From contig CAYGPN010000001.1 of assembly GCA_964352085.1 (NCBI GenBank), forward strand, positions 243,426 to 307,425: a stretch of 64,000 bases of DNA, in the 5' to 3' direction. The notes under the pieces were generated by a model. It was given only the letters and a program-made list of their open reading frames with translations. It was not told where the DNA came from and did not search any database. Source of the stretch: an uncultured Gammaproteobacteria bacterium. GTDB lineage: Bacteria; Cyanobacteriota; Vampirovibrionia; LMEP-6097; CAYGPN01. Position numbers and translations under genes: made by a program. Numbering within the stretch: position 1 is the stretch's first letter; each line of letters starts with the position of its first letter. Shown piece after piece: positions 1 to 11,884 of the stretch.

Positions 1-237
1 CCAGTTCCGATAACACTTACTTTCACGCTAATTAGTCTAACACTTTAGAGTGATTTGTATCTAGGAAAACTTAGAGCTAGTAGCTGAGTACACCTAATAA
101 ATATGGATAATTCCTAGAAATGAGCATTTTGAGGGAGAAAATAAACAAGCTATAAGTCGAATGTACTAACTTTAACGCCACTTAACAATAGCTTAATAAG
201 ATTCTCATACCCTTAGACCACATAAAGGAAGTGCGAT

Positions 238-693
238 ATGGGGAATAACGAATCGGTGATCAAAAGGCTAAAAAACCTAACTTTGGCATTAATGCTTTCT
301 GGCATTCTAAGTCCAGCTATGGCAATAAATAAAACAGATCGAGCTTTAAAACATAAAAGAGCTTCGAGAACTAAAAGTTATAAAAAACTTCAAGAAAGAT
401 ATCTAAGCAGATTCGGCGTAGATATTTTAAATCCTGAAGCAATAAAACGCAAAAATGAATTAAGAATTTTAAACGATGATAGTCTTTGGGAATTGATGTG
501 CCTTACTGGTGATGACTTCATTGAAGTTATGGGAAAAGTAAACTCTACTACTTCACCAAAGCAGACTTTAGTCTTACTAAAAGATGAATTGAAAAAAGTA
601 GGTCTAGATATGGCAAGCGTTATCCAAGAAAGAATTGATAATGGCGGTTTTTCCAGAGATCTAAAATGCACTAAAGAAATCGCACAAAATTAA
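238..693 (+). CDS. Hypothetical exported protein
   Basis: 151-aa ORF with SD-like AAGGA upstream and a signal-peptide-like stretch ending SPAMA. Confidence 0.6.
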   Translation: MGNNESVIKRLKNLTLALMLSGILSPAMAINKTDRALKHKRASRTKSYKKLQERYLSRFGVDILNPEAIKRKNELRILNDDSLWELMCLTGDDFIEVMGKVNSTTSPKQTLVLLKDELKKVGLDMASVIQERIDNGGFSRDLKCTKEIAQN

Positions 694-745
694 CACGTAT
701 CATTTGAAGAGTCTTTAAGTCATAATAATCTCCAGAGATTTAATA

Positions 746-1351
746 ATGAAACTTATACTTGCATCCAACTCACCTAGAAGAAAAGAAATTTTAGAAAGAT
801 TAGGCTTAGATTTTGAAACTATGCCAGCAGCTCACGCAATTGAACCTGAAGTTCATAGTTTTAGTGACGCAATTGTTGCAGCAAGAGTTAAAGCACATGA
901 TGTTGCGATGCGCCTTAATCCAGAGACCAAAAAAGCAGGAGCGATAGTTATTGGCGCTGATACCGTAGTAGTTCTTCAAGGAGAAGTTTTAGGAAAGCCC
1001 AAAGATAAAAAAGATGCTAAACGCATGCTCAAGATGCTTTCAGGGAAGCAACATACAGTAGCAACGGGCTTGTCTCTAGTTTATGTACATGGAGTTGGGA
1101 CTGAAGATTTTGAAGCTTTCAGTACTATTGGGAAGACTGAAGTTGTTTTTAGAGCTTTAAATGATGAAGAGATTAATCGTTATGTAGAAACTGGTGAGCC
1201 TATGGATAAAGCAGGCTCTTATGCAATTCAAGGAATTGGCAGCATTCTAGTAGAGAGCGTGCACGGTTGCTTTAATAATGTAGTAGGGCTTCCAACCACT
1301 TTGCTTTTAGATCAGTTAGCACAGCTAAATTATGAGAGTGCTATTCTTTAA
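746..1351 (+). CDS. maf: Maf family nucleoside triphosphate pyrophosphatase
   Basis: LILASNSPRRKEIL, GADTVV, LGKP and DKAGSYAIQG motifs. Confidence 0.95.
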   Translation: MKLILASNSPRRKEILERLGLDFETMPAAHAIEPEVHSFSDAIVAARVKAHDVAMRLNPETKKAGAIVIGADTVVVLQGEVLGKPKDKKDAKRMLKMLSGKQHTVATGLSLVYVHGVGTEDFEAFSTIGKTEVVFRALNDEEINRYVETGEPMDKAGSYAIQGIGSILVESVHGCFNNVVGLPTTLLLDQLAQLNYESAIL

Positions 1352-1354
1352 ATC

Positions 1355-2038
1355 GTGAGCAAAGTCTGCATTATAGATTATAAAGGCGGAAATATTTTCA
1401 GTGTACAAAACACTGTAAACACTGTTGGTGCAGATTCATTTTTAAGCTCTGATCCTGATGAAATCAGGAGAGCTAAGAAGATAATTTTTCCAGGTGTTGG
1501 TAGTTTTGAATCATCTATGCAACATATTAATGAGCTTGGCTTGGCTGATGTTATAAAAGAAAAAGCTTTAGACCGGACTCCTTTTTTAGGAGTTTGTGTG
1601 GGCATGCAGGTTCTATTTGAATCAAGCACAGAAGCAAAGAACGGTAGCTCTAAAGGCTTAGGTATTTTCGCGGGTTCTTTTTCCAAGTTTGATTTCGATA
1701 AAATAAACGCTAACTCTAATCAAAAGCTAAATATTCCACATATGGGCTGGAATCAAATAGAAAGCAATTTAAATGGAGAAGTAAAGAGTCCTTTATTCAA
1801 GGGGATTAACTCTAAATCTAGTTTCTACTTCGTGCACAGCTTTATGACAGAGATAGAGCCTAGTGCTATCCAAAAGAACCAAGAAAAATTCCCAAAACTA
1901 GAAATACTAAGAAGCAACTATGGTCAAGATTTTATAAGTTCTATCTGGAATGGTGAGAATCTATATGCATGCCAGTTTCATCCAGAAAAGAGTGGCGAGA
2001 ACGGTCTGCAACTAATCAAGAACTTCATAGATCTATAA
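1355..2038 (+). CDS. hisH: Imidazole glycerol phosphate synthase amidotransferase subunit
   Basis: FPGVGSF, LGVCVGMQ, IPHMGWN, YFVHSF, QFHPEKSG. Confidence 0.95.
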   Translation: MSKVCIIDYKGGNIFSVQNTVNTVGADSFLSSDPDEIRRAKKIIFPGVGSFESSMQHINELGLADVIKEKALDRTPFLGVCVGMQVLFESSTEAKNGSSKGLGIFAGSFSKFDFDKINANSNQKLNIPHMGWNQIESNLNGEVKSPLFKGINSKSSFYFVHSFMTEIEPSAIQKNQEKFPKLEILRSNYGQDFISSIWNGENLYACQFHPEKSGENGLQLIKNFIDL

Positions 2039-2132
2039 AATCAACCATATAGACTACTTGCAACTTAGCTTCTAAACTCCAGTTGAGTTTTCAGGCTCTC
2101 TCTGGTGGCATCATAGGCTAGGAGACTATTCT

Positions 2133-3290
2133 ATGCTCAAACTTAAAAATCTAATATATATAATGATTACACTAGCTTTAACAACGCAAGCAGCTTCAGC
2201 AACAGTAATCAAAAATATCAAATCAAGATCTATTTTTGAGGGAGAAGAAATTCAAGTCAAAATTAATGGGAAAATTAAAGCCAATGATCCGATCATAGTA
2301 AGGTTTTTAAGTTTCGTAGATGGTATAGAAACAGCATTTGGCGGCACCCCAAGCATTCAATTACCTAAAAGTAAAAAAAGCAGCCTTATTAAAATAACTG
2401 CACCTAATGTTTCAAAAAGTACTCAAGCTTTAATTCTTGAAATCAAAAGACAAAGCGAAGACAATTCAGATGCTGGCAGAACAGAGCTTGTGGTCTTCAA
2501 CAAACCTGATAATTCAGCCCCAGGACCAGCAGGTACAGATGGAGTTGTCAGCGCATCAGATATATCTGCAGAGTCATTAGCACTTGGCGCTGGAGTAACA
2601 CTTAGCTCAAATGGTGACGCGCTTCTTTACAACAGTGAAAGCATTGTTTATAAAAATGCTGATAACACAAGATTAAAAGGCGACCAAGTAGACCTTGGAG
2701 AAAGCATTTTAGAAAACATAGCAGGCGCACTTACCTGGAACGGGCATTCAGTCATAGGACCAGATGGAGTAACTATTTCTAATACTTTAGATAACGGTGA
2801 AGATACAGCGACTACACTTGCTATAACTGGCACAGGTCCGATCACCCTAGACACTGATGGAGCAGATTCAATAAGCCTGAAGCTACCGCCAGCAGGACTG
2901 ATTAAAGGTTTGATAAGAGCTGAATATAATTTTGCTACAGACGGCGGAACCGCTGGGACTGTAAATCTAAGAAATGGAAATATTCCAGATAATGCAATTC
3001 TTACAAATGTTTGGTACGACGTTTTAACTAGTCTTCAATCGGCTACTGACGCTTCTCAAATAGCACTTGGCATTCAAGTTAACGATATTAATGGCATAAT
3101 TGCACCAACTGCAATCAGTGCAGGTGGGAATATTTGGGACCAGGGCTTCCATAGCAGTATTGTCGATGGTCAAGCAGCAAATTTTGCAAACAAAACTACT
3201 GACGAAAGAAACATTCAACTTTCAATAATTGGTGAAGCTTTAACTGCAGGGAAAATAAATATCTTTGCAGAATACGTAATATCAGAATAG
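2133..3290 (+). CDS. Secreted beta-rich protein; N-terminal domain shared with the downstream fibre protein, C-terminal phage cement-like beta domain
   Basis: Signal peptide ending AASA; VDG...LIK.T.P...LVVFN pattern shared with the next ORF; C-terminal IPDNAILTNVWYDV...LTAGKINIFAEY. Confidence 0.55.
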   Translation: MLKLKNLIYIMITLALTTQAASATVIKNIKSRSIFEGEEIQVKINGKIKANDPIIVRFLSFVDGIETAFGGTPSIQLPKSKKSSLIKITAPNVSKSTQALILEIKRQSEDNSDAGRTELVVFNKPDNSAPGPAGTDGVVSASDISAESLALGAGVTLSSNGDALLYNSESIVYKNADNTRLKGDQVDLGESILENIAGALTWNGHSVIGPDGVTISNTLDNGEDTATTLAITGTGPITLDTDGADSISLKLPPAGLIKGLIRAEYNFATDGGTAGTVNLRNGNIPDNAILTNVWYDVLTSLQSATDASQIALGIQVNDINGIIAPTAISAGGNIWDQGFHSSIVDGQAANFANKTTDERNIQLSIIGEALTAGKINIFAEYVISE

Positions 3291-3394
3291 CCCTTTAACT
3301 AATTTATACAAAAACAGTTCTCAAGATAAGCCCTTGAGTAAAATTAAACTTAATTCATCTTTCTGCCTTTTCTGGAACTATTTAGAAAGCTCAA

Positions 3395-3424
3395 TTGACA
3401 TCGCTCTTCTCAAAGTGTTATAAA
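3395..3424 (+). promoter_or_regulatory. Sigma70-type promoter of the fibre gene
   Basis: TTGACA (3395-3400), 18-bp spacer, extended -10 TGtTATAAA. Confidence 0.7.
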
Positions 3425-3497
3425 TACAAATTGCCAGGCGTAAGATCTTATGTTTGGAGCTTATATTTTTATGAATAACAAGGGAGATAAAAATCGA

Positions 3498-6400
3498 ATG
3501 AATATTAATTGGAAAAGAGCACTTAGTGCTGCTCTTGCAGTTATTTTCTTAAGCAATTCTGTTGCTTTTGCAAAATTAACTGGTTTTCCTAGCATTGCTA
3601 ACGAAAGAGATACTGTAAAACTTTCAACAACTGCTGGCGAAAAAATCACTAACAAAAAAAACCCTGCTACGGTTTCTATTACTTATGACAATGTAGACGG
3701 CACACAAACGACTGCTGTTCTTCCAATAACAAAAACTGACAAGACTAAAGGTCTTGTAAAGTTTGCACTTCCAGTACTAAGTGTTGATCAACCTGCTTTG
3801 CAAGCGACACTTTCTTTTTCAGGTGGTTCATTTACAAATGAAACTGCAGACATAGTTATCTTCAACACTGTTGGTGCTGACCCTGCTGTTGACCCCGCAG
3901 ACGAAGCTTCTCCAATTTCAATTGCAAGTGTAGCTAAAACTCTTGGCGCTAAAGGTGAGAAAGGTGATCCTGGTGCTGACGGTGCTGCTGGCGCTGCTGG
4001 TGGAACTGGCGCTGCTGGTGGAACTGGCCCTCAAGGTGCTCAAGGAGCTCCCGGAGATCCAGGCATTTTATTAAACACAAATGCTGTTGATTTCAACCCT
4101 AATGATCCAAGGGTAAACAGTTTTAGAGTTAGACACTTAGCTCCAACTTTCGACAACAGAATTACTGGTAGTATCGACGGTTCTGCTTTCACTTTAAGCG
4201 ACGCAAACACAAGAACTCTAAGTCTTGGTGGTAACGCTAATGACGATATAGTTCTTACAACTACTGCTGATTCAAATCTAACGCTTCCAACAACTGGTAC
4301 TTTAGCTACTCTTGCTGGAGCTGAAACTTTCACAAATAAAACACTAACTACTCCAACATTAAATAACCCAGTTATCACTGGAACATTGAATGGTGCTAAC
4401 ACTACTTGGTCTGGTACTTTCAACTCTACTGGTTCTGGCATGTTCGGTAACACTCTAAGTGTTGCTGGCTTAAGTTCAGCTAATGGTGGTCTTAATGTTA
4501 CTGGTGGAACTTTAAATGTTAACGGCGGAAATAACTTAGCTGTTTCTGGCACTACAACTACAACTGGCTTAACTTTAGCTAATGGTGGTTTGAATGTAAC
4601 TGGCGGAACTCTAAACGTTAATGGTGGAAACAACTTAGTAGTTTCTGGGACTTCTGCCGTAACAGGAACTAGTACTTTTACTGGTTTAGTTACTGCTAAC
4701 GGTGGCGCTGATGTAACTGGTGGATCTCTTGATGTTCTTGGTGGAAACAACTTAACTGTTTCTGGCAACACTACATTAGGTGATGCAATCACTGACACAA
4801 CTATGGTTTCAGGTCCTTTCACTGCAACTGGAGCTAGCACTTTTAACGGTGCTATTCAGTCAAATCAAAACTTAACATTAGCGGCTGGTAAAGATTTATC
4901 AGTTGGTGGAAACGCAACTGTTCTTTCTAACTTAAGTGTTAGTGGAAACGGTAGTGTAACTGGAACATTTACAGTTACTAGCAACGCTACTTTCAACGCT
5001 AACAACACAGTAAGTGGTAACACTGTTCTTGGTGATCAAATCACTGACACAACTTTAGTTGCTGGTCCAGCTACTTTCAACAGCACTGCAAACGTTGCAG
5101 GTCTTGCGACTTTAGCTACTGTTGATATCAACGGCGGAAACATCGATAACACTGTTATCGGTGCAACTACTCCAGCTGCTGGTACTTTTACAACTATTAA
5201 CCTTACTGACTTAAACGCTGGTGACGGAACTGCTGCTGATCCTTCAATTGGCTTCACAGCTGATCAAGATACTGGAATCTTCAGAAATGGTAACGATGAT
5301 ATGGCTGTTACTACTGCTGGTTCTACAGTTGCTAACTTCACAACTGCTGGTGTTGATGTTACTGGTACTTTAACTTCATCAGGTTTAGCTACTCTTAACA
5401 GTGCTGCTGTTACTAACAACGCTACTGTTGGTGGTACTTTCACTTCAACTGGTTTAATCACTGGTAACAATGGTTTAACTGTTACTGGCGCTAACACTAG
5501 CGTTACTACTTTAAGTTCATCTGGTTTAGCTACTCTTAACAGCGCTGCGGTTACTAACAACGCTACTGTTGGCGGTACTCTTGGTGTTACTAGCAACACA
5601 ACTGTTGGCGGTACACTTGGTGTTACTAGCAACACAACTGTCGGTGGTACTTTAGGAGTAACTGGTGCTTTAACTGGTAGCTCAGCTACTTTCTCTGGTA
5701 ATTTAACTGGAAATGGTAACACTGTAATCGGTGATGCAAACACAGATACTTTAACTGTTAATGCAGCTACTACTATTGCTGATGGAACTTCATTTACAGC
5801 AAGGGGTGATGTTACTTTAGGTAATGCAAATTCTGACACTTTAACTGTTAATTCTGTTGCGACTTTCGCTGACAACTTAACAGTAAATGGAACAACTACT
5901 TTAAACGGTAATATCGTTCTTGGTGACTTAGCTGCTGACACTATCACTGCTACTGGTACTGCAAGCTTCGCTGAAACATTAACTGCGAATGGCGGCGTAA
6001 GTGCTACTACTTTCACATCTTCTGGCAATGGTACTTTCAACGGTAACAATATCCTTGGTGATGCTATTACAGACGATCTAACAATTAACGCTGCTATTCA
6101 AGGCAATGTAAGCTTTGATGGTGGTACTGGCGCAAATGGTTTCGAAACTACTTTAGCTATTACTGATCCTAGTGCTGACAGAATGATCACTGTTCCTGAT
6201 GCAACAGGAAATCTAGTACTAGATTCAACTGCTAATACTTTCACTGCACTAAATACTTTTAGTAATGTAGATATTAATGGTGGTGCAATAGATACTACCA
6301 ATATTGGTGCTGCTACACCTGGAACTGGTGCATTCACAACATTGGCTTCATCTGGCGCTGCAACTCTTAACTCTTTAGGAGTTACCGGTGCTGCTACTGT

Positions 6401-7853
6401 TGGGACTACACTCGCTGTAACAGGAACTTCTACTTTCACTGGCGCACTTACTGCTAACGGTGGTGTTGTAGGTGATATTTCTGGTAACGCTGGTACTGTA
6501 ACAAGCATTGGTAACTTAACTGGTGATGTAACTTCTGTTAACAGAGCAACTACTATAGCTCCTGCTACTGTTACTGGTAAAGCTTTAACTGGCTTCCTTC
6601 AAGGTGCTGGTGGTGAGACTCTTGCTGCTACTGATACTATCCTTCAAGGTTTCAACAAACTTGCTGGTAACGATGCTGCAAGCGTTAAGCTAACAGGTAA
6701 CCAAACAATTGATGGCACTAAGACATTCAATTCTCCAATCGCTGGTAGCGTAACTGGAAATGCTGGAACAGCTACTACTGCTGTTAGCTTAAACAATGGT
6801 GGCGCAACACTTACTAGAACTGGTGTTCACACTGCTGACTTAACTACAACAGGAAATACTGCTATTACACTTCCAACTACTGGAACTTTAGCTACATTAG
6901 CTGGTAGTGAAACACTGATTAATAAAACTATCGATGATGCAAATAACAACTTAGTAATCGATGGTGGAAGTATCACTACTGGTACTATTGCTAATGCAAG
7001 AACTACAGCTACTAATGCAAACACTGCAAGTGCAATCGTGGCTAGAGATGGTTCTGGTAACTTTGCAGCTGGTACTATCACTGCGAGCTTGACTGGTAAT
7101 GTAACAGGTAACTTAAACGGTAACGCTACAAGTGCTACTACTGCTACTAGCTTGCTAGATGCTACTGGTGCAAGCTTAGCTCTTGCTGGTGGTAACAATG
7201 CTGTAACTTTAACTGCTACAGGTGCTACTAACGTTACTCTTCCAACTACTGGAACTTTAGCGACATTAGCTGGTGCTGAGACTCTTACTAATAAGTCTCT
7301 TACTAGTCCTACTATTACAGGAACTGTTCCTACAATTACTGCTACAGACTTGACTGTTACTAACACAATCAACGGTAGAGCTAATCAAGCAGCTACGGTA
7401 AATAATGGTATGGATTCTCTATTATTAACCAATAGTGGAACTGCAAACAACTTGACACTAAACGGTAACGCTACAGTTACTCTTCAAGTGCCAACTACTG
7501 CCGGCAATATAACGGTTGACAATAGTTCTACATTTACACCTGCTGCAGGAGCACTTGATGTAACTAATGGCGGAGCAATCTCTGCATCTCGCCTAGTCAC
7601 ATTGGAGATTGGTGGAACCGCTGCTCTTACTGGAATAAGTAATGCAGTTGCAGGTCAAATCATCATAATGAACTTCACTAGTACAGCTACGCTTGCTGAT
7701 GGTGGAACAGCAGGTTTAAACCTGAATGATGTTAACAATGACAACAATGCAGCAGCTGATGCAGCTGATGATTTCGCCGGTCCTGGCACACTTGTAATTC
7801 TTACAACAGGTGCTACAAGCGGAGTAGAAATTTCTAGATCAATCAACAACTAA
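3498..7853 (+). CDS. Large secreted collagen-repeat / beta-strand-repeat fibre (adhesin-like) protein
   Basis: Likely start ATG 3498 after GGAGA; signal peptide ending VAFA; Gly-X-Y collagen tract (~3946-4063); T/G/N/A-rich repeats; TLPTTGTLATLAGxETxxNK three times. Confidence 0.75.
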   Translation: MNINWKRALSAALAVIFLSNSVAFAKLTGFPSIANERDTVKLSTTAGEKITNKKNPATVSITYDNVDGTQTTAVLPITKTDKTKGLVKFALPVLSVDQPALQATLSFSGGSFTNETADIVIFNTVGADPAVDPADEASPISIASVAKTLGAKGEKGDPGADGAAGAAGGTGAAGGTGPQGAQGAPGDPGILLNTNAVDFNPNDPRVNSFRVRHLAPTFDNRITGSIDGSAFTLSDANTRTLSLGGNANDDIVLTTTADSNLTLPTTGTLATLAGAETFTNKTLTTPTLNNPVITGTLNGANTTWSGTFNSTGSGMFGNTLSVAGLSSANGGLNVTGGTLNVNGGNNLAVSGTTTTTGLTLANGGLNVTGGTLNVNGGNNLVVSGTSAVTGTSTFTGLVTANGGADVTGGSLDVLGGNNLTVSGNTTLGDAITDTTMVSGPFTATGASTFNGAIQSNQNLTLAAGKDLSVGGNATVLSNLSVSGNGSVTGTFTVTSNATFNANNTVSGNTVLGDQITDTTLVAGPATFNSTANVAGLATLATVDINGGNIDNTVIGATTPAAGTFTTINLTDLNAGDGTAADPSIGFTADQDTGIFRNGNDDMAVTTAGSTVANFTTAGVDVTGTLTSSGLATLNSAAVTNNATVGGTFTSTGLITGNNGLTVTGANTSVTTLSSSGLATLNSAAVTNNATVGGTLGVTSNTTVGGTLGVTSNTTVGGTLGVTGALTGSSATFSGNLTGNGNTVIGDANTDTLTVNAATTIADGTSFTARGDVTLGNANSDTLTVNSVATFADNLTVNGTTTLNGNIVLGDLAADTITATGTASFAETLTANGGVSATTFTSSGNGTFNGNNILGDAITDDLTINAAIQGNVSFDGGTGANGFETTLAITDPSADRMITVPDATGNLVLDSTANTFTALNTFSNVDINGGAIDTTNIGAATPGTGAFTTLASSGAATLNSLGVTGAATVGTTLAVTGTSTFTGALTANGGVVGDISGNAGTVTSIGNLTGDVTSVNRATTIAPATVTGKALTGFLQGAGGETLAATDTILQGFNKLAGNDAASVKLTGNQTIDGTKTFNSPIAGSVTGNAGTATTAVSLNNGGATLTRTGVHTADLTTTGNTAITLPTTGTLATLAGSETLINKTIDDANNNLVIDGGSITTGTIANARTTATNANTASAIVARDGSGNFAAGTITASLTGNVTGNLNGNATSATTATSLLDATGASLALAGGNNAVTLTATGATNVTLPTTGTLATLAGAETLTNKSLTSPTITGTVPTITATDLTVTNTINGRANQAATVNNGMDSLLLTNSGTANNLTLNGNATVTLQVPTTAGNITVDNSSTFTPAAGALDVTNGGAISASRLVTLEIGGTAALTGISNAVAGQIIIMNFTSTATLADGGTAGLNLNDVNNDNNAAADAADDFAGPGTLVILTTGATSGVEISRSINN

Positions 7854-7881
7854 TTGAACTAGATAGCTAATCACAACGTTT

Positions 7882-7912
7882 AAAAAGCCCGCTCGCAAGA
7901 GTGGGCTTTTTT
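7882..7912 (+). terminator. Intrinsic (probably bidirectional) terminator
   Basis: AAAAAGCCCGCTC-GCAA-GAGTGGGCTTTTTT hairpin with T-tract. Confidence 0.9.
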
Positions 7913-7933
7913 ATTTGATAGAATTAATTACTA

Positions 7934-8416
7934 ATGAAAAGCATTAAACTCTTAATTTCTATTTTTGTGATTGCTCTATCTTTAACTAGCTGCAAGAAAG
8001 CTCAGAAAATAAAAAATAGCGAGCTTGGAAAAGATAAAAACGAGCTTGCAGAAACTAAGCTAAAGATAATGGACCCACCTGATGGTCAAATAGCTTTTGT
8101 TATTGGTAAAGTTAAAAGACTACGCAAGTACCCAGCAAATGGATCAAGCAAAGAAGAAATTCTAGATTTAGGTGGAGCTTTTCCTTGCGTTGAGGGTTGT
8201 GGTTGGATGAACTTTCCTTTCGATCCTTCTGAACTTAAAGTTGCTAATGTTCAAAGAAATGGCGGCGGCGTGGATCCCTATGGAAATCCTGCTATTGAGA
8301 ATATCTACACTGTACTTGAAATCAACTATAAGCTTATAGATCAGAATGATTTAATCTACGGTGATTATGTTTTTGGTCCGAAAGGTGAGATCATAAGATA
8401 TGAGCCTAAGAATTAG
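7934..8416 (+). CDS. Hypothetical lipoprotein
   Basis: Signal peptide with lipobox LTSC. Confidence 0.7.
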   Translation: MKSIKLLISIFVIALSLTSCKKAQKIKNSELGKDKNELAETKLKIMDPPDGQIAFVIGKVKRLRKYPANGSSKEEILDLGGAFPCVEGCGWMNFPFDPSELKVANVQRNGGGVDPYGNPAIENIYTVLEINYKLIDQNDLIYGDYVFGPKGEIIRYEPKN

Positions 8417-8480
8417 ATATTGAAAAAACAAAGAGAAATCAACATATTCACAAAAAATTTCTAGAACCACTAAAATCATA

Positions 8481-11400
8481 ATGCCAAAAAGAACAGACAT
8501 CAAAAAAATATTAATCGTAGGCGCTGGTCCTATTATCATCGGTCAGGCATGTGAGTTTGATTACTCTGGCACGCAGGCATGCAAAGCTTTAAAAGAAGAA
8601 GGCTACGAAGTAATCTTAGTAAACAGCAACCCTGCAACGATCATGACTGATCCAGGTTTTGCAGACAAGACTTATATAGAACCAATCACACCAGACTACG
8701 TACGTAAAATTATCGAAAAAGAAAAACCAGACGCGCTGCTTCCAACTATGGGAGGGCAGACTAGTTTAAACATAGCTGTAGCCTTATCTAAAGATGGAAC
8801 ACTTAAGAAAAATAAGGTAGAGCTAATCGGCGCAAAACTAGATGCCATCGAGCTTGCTGAAGATAGAGAAAAATTTAAAAATCTAATTGCCGAGCTTGAT
8901 TTAAGCACCCCTCCTTCAGGTATTGCAAACAATAAAGAACAAGGTCTTAAGATAGGTACTGAGATAGGTTTGCCACTAATACTCAGACCAGCTTTCACTA
9001 TGGGTGGAACTGGAGGCGGAGTAGCGACTAGCCAAAAAGAATTTGAAGAAATTCTAGAGCGTGGTCTTCAAGCTAGCCCAAGCAGTCAAGTTTTAATCGA
9101 AAAATCTGTTTCAGGCTGGAAAGAATTTGAGATGGAAGTGATGCGTGATCTTAGTGATAATGTAGTTATTATTTGCTCAATAGAAAATTTTGATCCAATG
9201 GGCGTGCACACAGGAGATAGCATTACAGTCGCTCCCATCCAAACTTTAACTGACAAAGAGTACCAAGCATTAAGAGACGCCTCTATAAGAATTATTAGAG
9301 CCGTTGGCGTAGAGAGTGGTGGTTGCAACATCCAATTTGCAAGTTGCCCAGAAACTGGAAAGTTAATAGTAATTGAAATGAACCCTAGAGTTTCAAGATC
9401 AAGTGCACTCGCTTCTAAAGCCACTGGTTTTCCTATAGCTAAAATTGCAGCAAAGCTAGCGGTGGGATACACACTTGATGAAGTGCCAAATGACATCACT
9501 AAGAGCACTATGGCAAGCTTTGAGCCGTCAATTGATTATGTGGTCACAAAAATCCCAAGATTTGCCTTTGAGAAATTTCCTGGAGCCGATGATACTTTAA
9601 ACACACAAATGAAATCAGTGGGTGAGACTATGGCTATTGGTAGAACTTTTAAAGAGTCCTTCCAGAAAGCCATGCGCAGTTTGGAGACGGGCTACACTGG
9701 CTTTCTTCACAACAAAACAGTTGAAGATATAAAATTTACTAAAAAGGATGAGCTTTTAAATAAAATTAAAAGTGAACTTAAAAGACCGAACCCAAAAAGA
9801 TTAATGCAACTTTTTGATGCTTTTTATTTTGGTGTTTCTGTTGATAAAGCTTTTGAACTTTCCAAAATTGATCCTTGGTTCTTAACTCACTTAAAGCAAA
9901 TCACAGAAAGAAGTCTAGAGCTTATGGAGCTAAGAAAGCGCAATCTAAACATTGATGATCTTGCTAATGAAGATTTTAGAGAACTTAAAAAGATGGGCTT
10001 TGGTGATAAGCAACTCTCTTTAATTCTTGATAGTAGCGAAGAAAAAATCAGAAATGCCCGCACTAAGATTGGACTAAGAGCTATCTATAAAACAATAGAC
10101 ACCTGTGCTGGTGAATTTGCATCTTATACTCCTTATCACTACTCTTCATATGACGAAGAAGATGAAGTTGAAGATTCAGAAAAAGAAAAGATCATTATCA
10201 TAGGTGGCGGACCAAATAGAATTGGTCAAGGTATAGAATTTGATTACTGTTGCGTGCATGCAGCACTCGCTTTAAAAGAAGCGGGTTTTGAAAGCATAAT
10301 GATAAACAATAATCCAGAAACGGTTTCTACAGACTATGACACTAGCTCAAGACTTTATTTCGAACCAATCACAAGAGAAGATGTCCTTAGTATTTGGAGA
10401 AGAGAATCTCAAAATGGCAAAGCCCCATTGGGAGTAATTATTCAACTTGGTGGTCAAACTCCTTTAAACATTGCTAAAGACTTAGAAGAGAATGGAGTTA
10501 AGATTCTAGGAACTAGCCCAGAGGCTATTGACCTTGCTGAAGATAGAGAAAGATTTGGTGCATTGATAAATAAACTAAATTTACAACAAAGCCCAAGCGG
10601 AATCGCGTTTACAACTAATGAAGCTATAAAGGTAGCAAATGAAATCAAATACCCTGTTGTAGTAAGACCTAGCTATGTACTCGGTGGACGCGGCATGGAG
10701 ATTGTTTATAACGATGATGAGCTAAAGCCTTGGGTGGATGAGATTATTAGAAACGAAGCCTTAGATAATTCTAGAGATTTAATTAGCTCACTAAAATCAA
10801 ATGAAGCTAGATCAAAAAATCCAATACTGATCGATAAGTTTTTAGAGAATGCAATAGAAATAGATGTTGATGCTATCTGTGACAAAAAAGAAACTATCAT
10901 TGCTGGAATTATGGAGCATATAGAATACGCTGGCATACATAGCGGAGACTCTGCTTGCGTGCTACCTGCTCAAAGCTTATCTAAAACAACCATTAGTAAA
11001 ATCGAAGATGCGACTAAAGAATTAGCTAAAGCTCTTAATGTTCATGGACTTATGAATATCCAATTTGCCGTAAAAGACGAAAAGCTCTACATTCTAGAAG
11101 TCAATCCTCGAGGTAGTCGCACAGTGCCTTTCGTGAGTAAAGCCACAGGAATCCCATGGGCAAAAATTGCAAGCTTAGTCATTGCAGGCAAAACTCTAAA
11201 AGAACTTGGAATTACTGAAACTAAAATTCCAAAACAAATATCAGTAAAAGAAGCAGTTTTTTCATTTAATAAATTTATTGAAACTAATATTTTCTTAGGT
11301 CCAGAAATGAAGAGTACTGGAGAAGTTATGGGTAGCAGCGATAATTTTGCTAGTGCTTTTGCCAAAGCTCAAATAGGTGCGTCTTTTAATATGCCAGAAA

Positions 11401-11816
11401 GCGGCACTGCCTTTTTAAGTGTTGGTGACAAGGAAAAAGAATTTATAAAACCTATAGCCAAGAATTTAGAAAAATTAGGTTTTAAGATTAGTGCGACTGA
11501 AGGAACAGCAAAACTTCTAAACGATATTGGCATTAAAAGTTCAACAGTAGGGAAAATCTCAGAGCAATCAGCAGGCACAGTTATTGATGCGATGAAAAAT
11601 AACGATGTACATATTGTGATAAATATTCCAGAAGGGCGAAATCCAATTCAAGATCATATTAAAATTGGGCAGACTGCAATTTCTCTAAAAATACCCATAA
11701 TTACAACTATTACTGGGGCAAAAGCAACCATAATGGCTATAGAAGCACTGCAGAATAGTGAAATAGATGTTAAGTCCTTACAAGAGATAGGTCTCCTAGA
11801 AAGCGTATTACATTAA
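8481..11816 (+). CDS. carB: Carbamoyl-phosphate synthase large subunit
   Basis: [30 protein letters not shown]; two ATP-grasp halves; C-terminal MGS domain. Confidence 0.99.
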   Translation: MPKRTDIKKILIVGAGPIIIGQACEFDYSGTQACKALKEEGYEVILVNSNPATIMTDPGFADKTYIEPITPDYVRKIIEKEKPDALLPTMGGQTSLNIAVALSKDGTLKKNKVELIGAKLDAIELAEDREKFKNLIAELDLSTPPSGIANNKEQGLKIGTEIGLPLILRPAFTMGGTGGGVATSQKEFEEILERGLQASPSSQVLIEKSVSGWKEFEMEVMRDLSDNVVIICSIENFDPMGVHTGDSITVAPIQTLTDKEYQALRDASIRIIRAVGVESGGCNIQFASCPETGKLIVIEMNPRVSRSSALASKATGFPIAKIAAKLAVGYTLDEVPNDITKSTMASFEPSIDYVVTKIPRFAFEKFPGADDTLNTQMKSVGETMAIGRTFKESFQKAMRSLETGYTGFLHNKTVEDIKFTKKDELLNKIKSELKRPNPKRLMQLFDAFYFGVSVDKAFELSKIDPWFLTHLKQITERSLELMELRKRNLNIDDLANEDFRELKKMGFGDKQLSLILDSSEEKIRNARTKIGLRAIYKTIDTCAGEFASYTPYHYSSYDEEDEVEDSEKEKIIIIGGGPNRIGQGIEFDYCCVHAALALKEAGFESIMINNNPETVSTDYDTSSRLYFEPITREDVLSIWRRESQNGKAPLGVIIQLGGQTPLNIAKDLEENGVKILGTSPEAIDLAEDRERFGALINKLNLQQSPSGIAFTTNEAIKVANEIKYPVVVRPSYVLGGRGMEIVYNDDELKPWVDEIIRNEALDNSRDLISSLKSNEARSKNPILIDKFLENAIEIDVDAICDKKETIIAGIMEHIEYAGIHSGDSACVLPAQSLSKTTISKIEDATKELAKALNVHGLMNIQFAVKDEKLYILEVNPRGSRTVPFVSKATGIPWAKIASLVIAGKTLKELGITETKIPKQISVKEAVFSFNKFIETNIFLGPEMKSTGEVMGSSDNFASAFAKAQIGASFNMPESGTAFLSVGDKEKEFIKPIAKNLEKLGFKISATEGTAKLLNDIGIKSSTVGKISEQSAGTVIDAMKNNDVHIVINIPEGRNPIQDHIKIGQTAISLKIPIITTITGAKATIMAIEALQNSEIDVKSLQEIGLLESVLH

Positions 11817-11884
11817 AATCTAAATTAGCTTAGCATTAGACATAACAAATTTTATAAAATAGATAATGTCGTATTCAAAATATC

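Noticed and set aside
4040-7849. Long minus-strand Val/Pro-rich ORFs
   Set aside because: Antisense shadows of the codon-biased fibre gene
2133-7853. Prophage
   Set aside because: Both proteins have Sec signals, and no capsid, terminase or integrase genes are nearby
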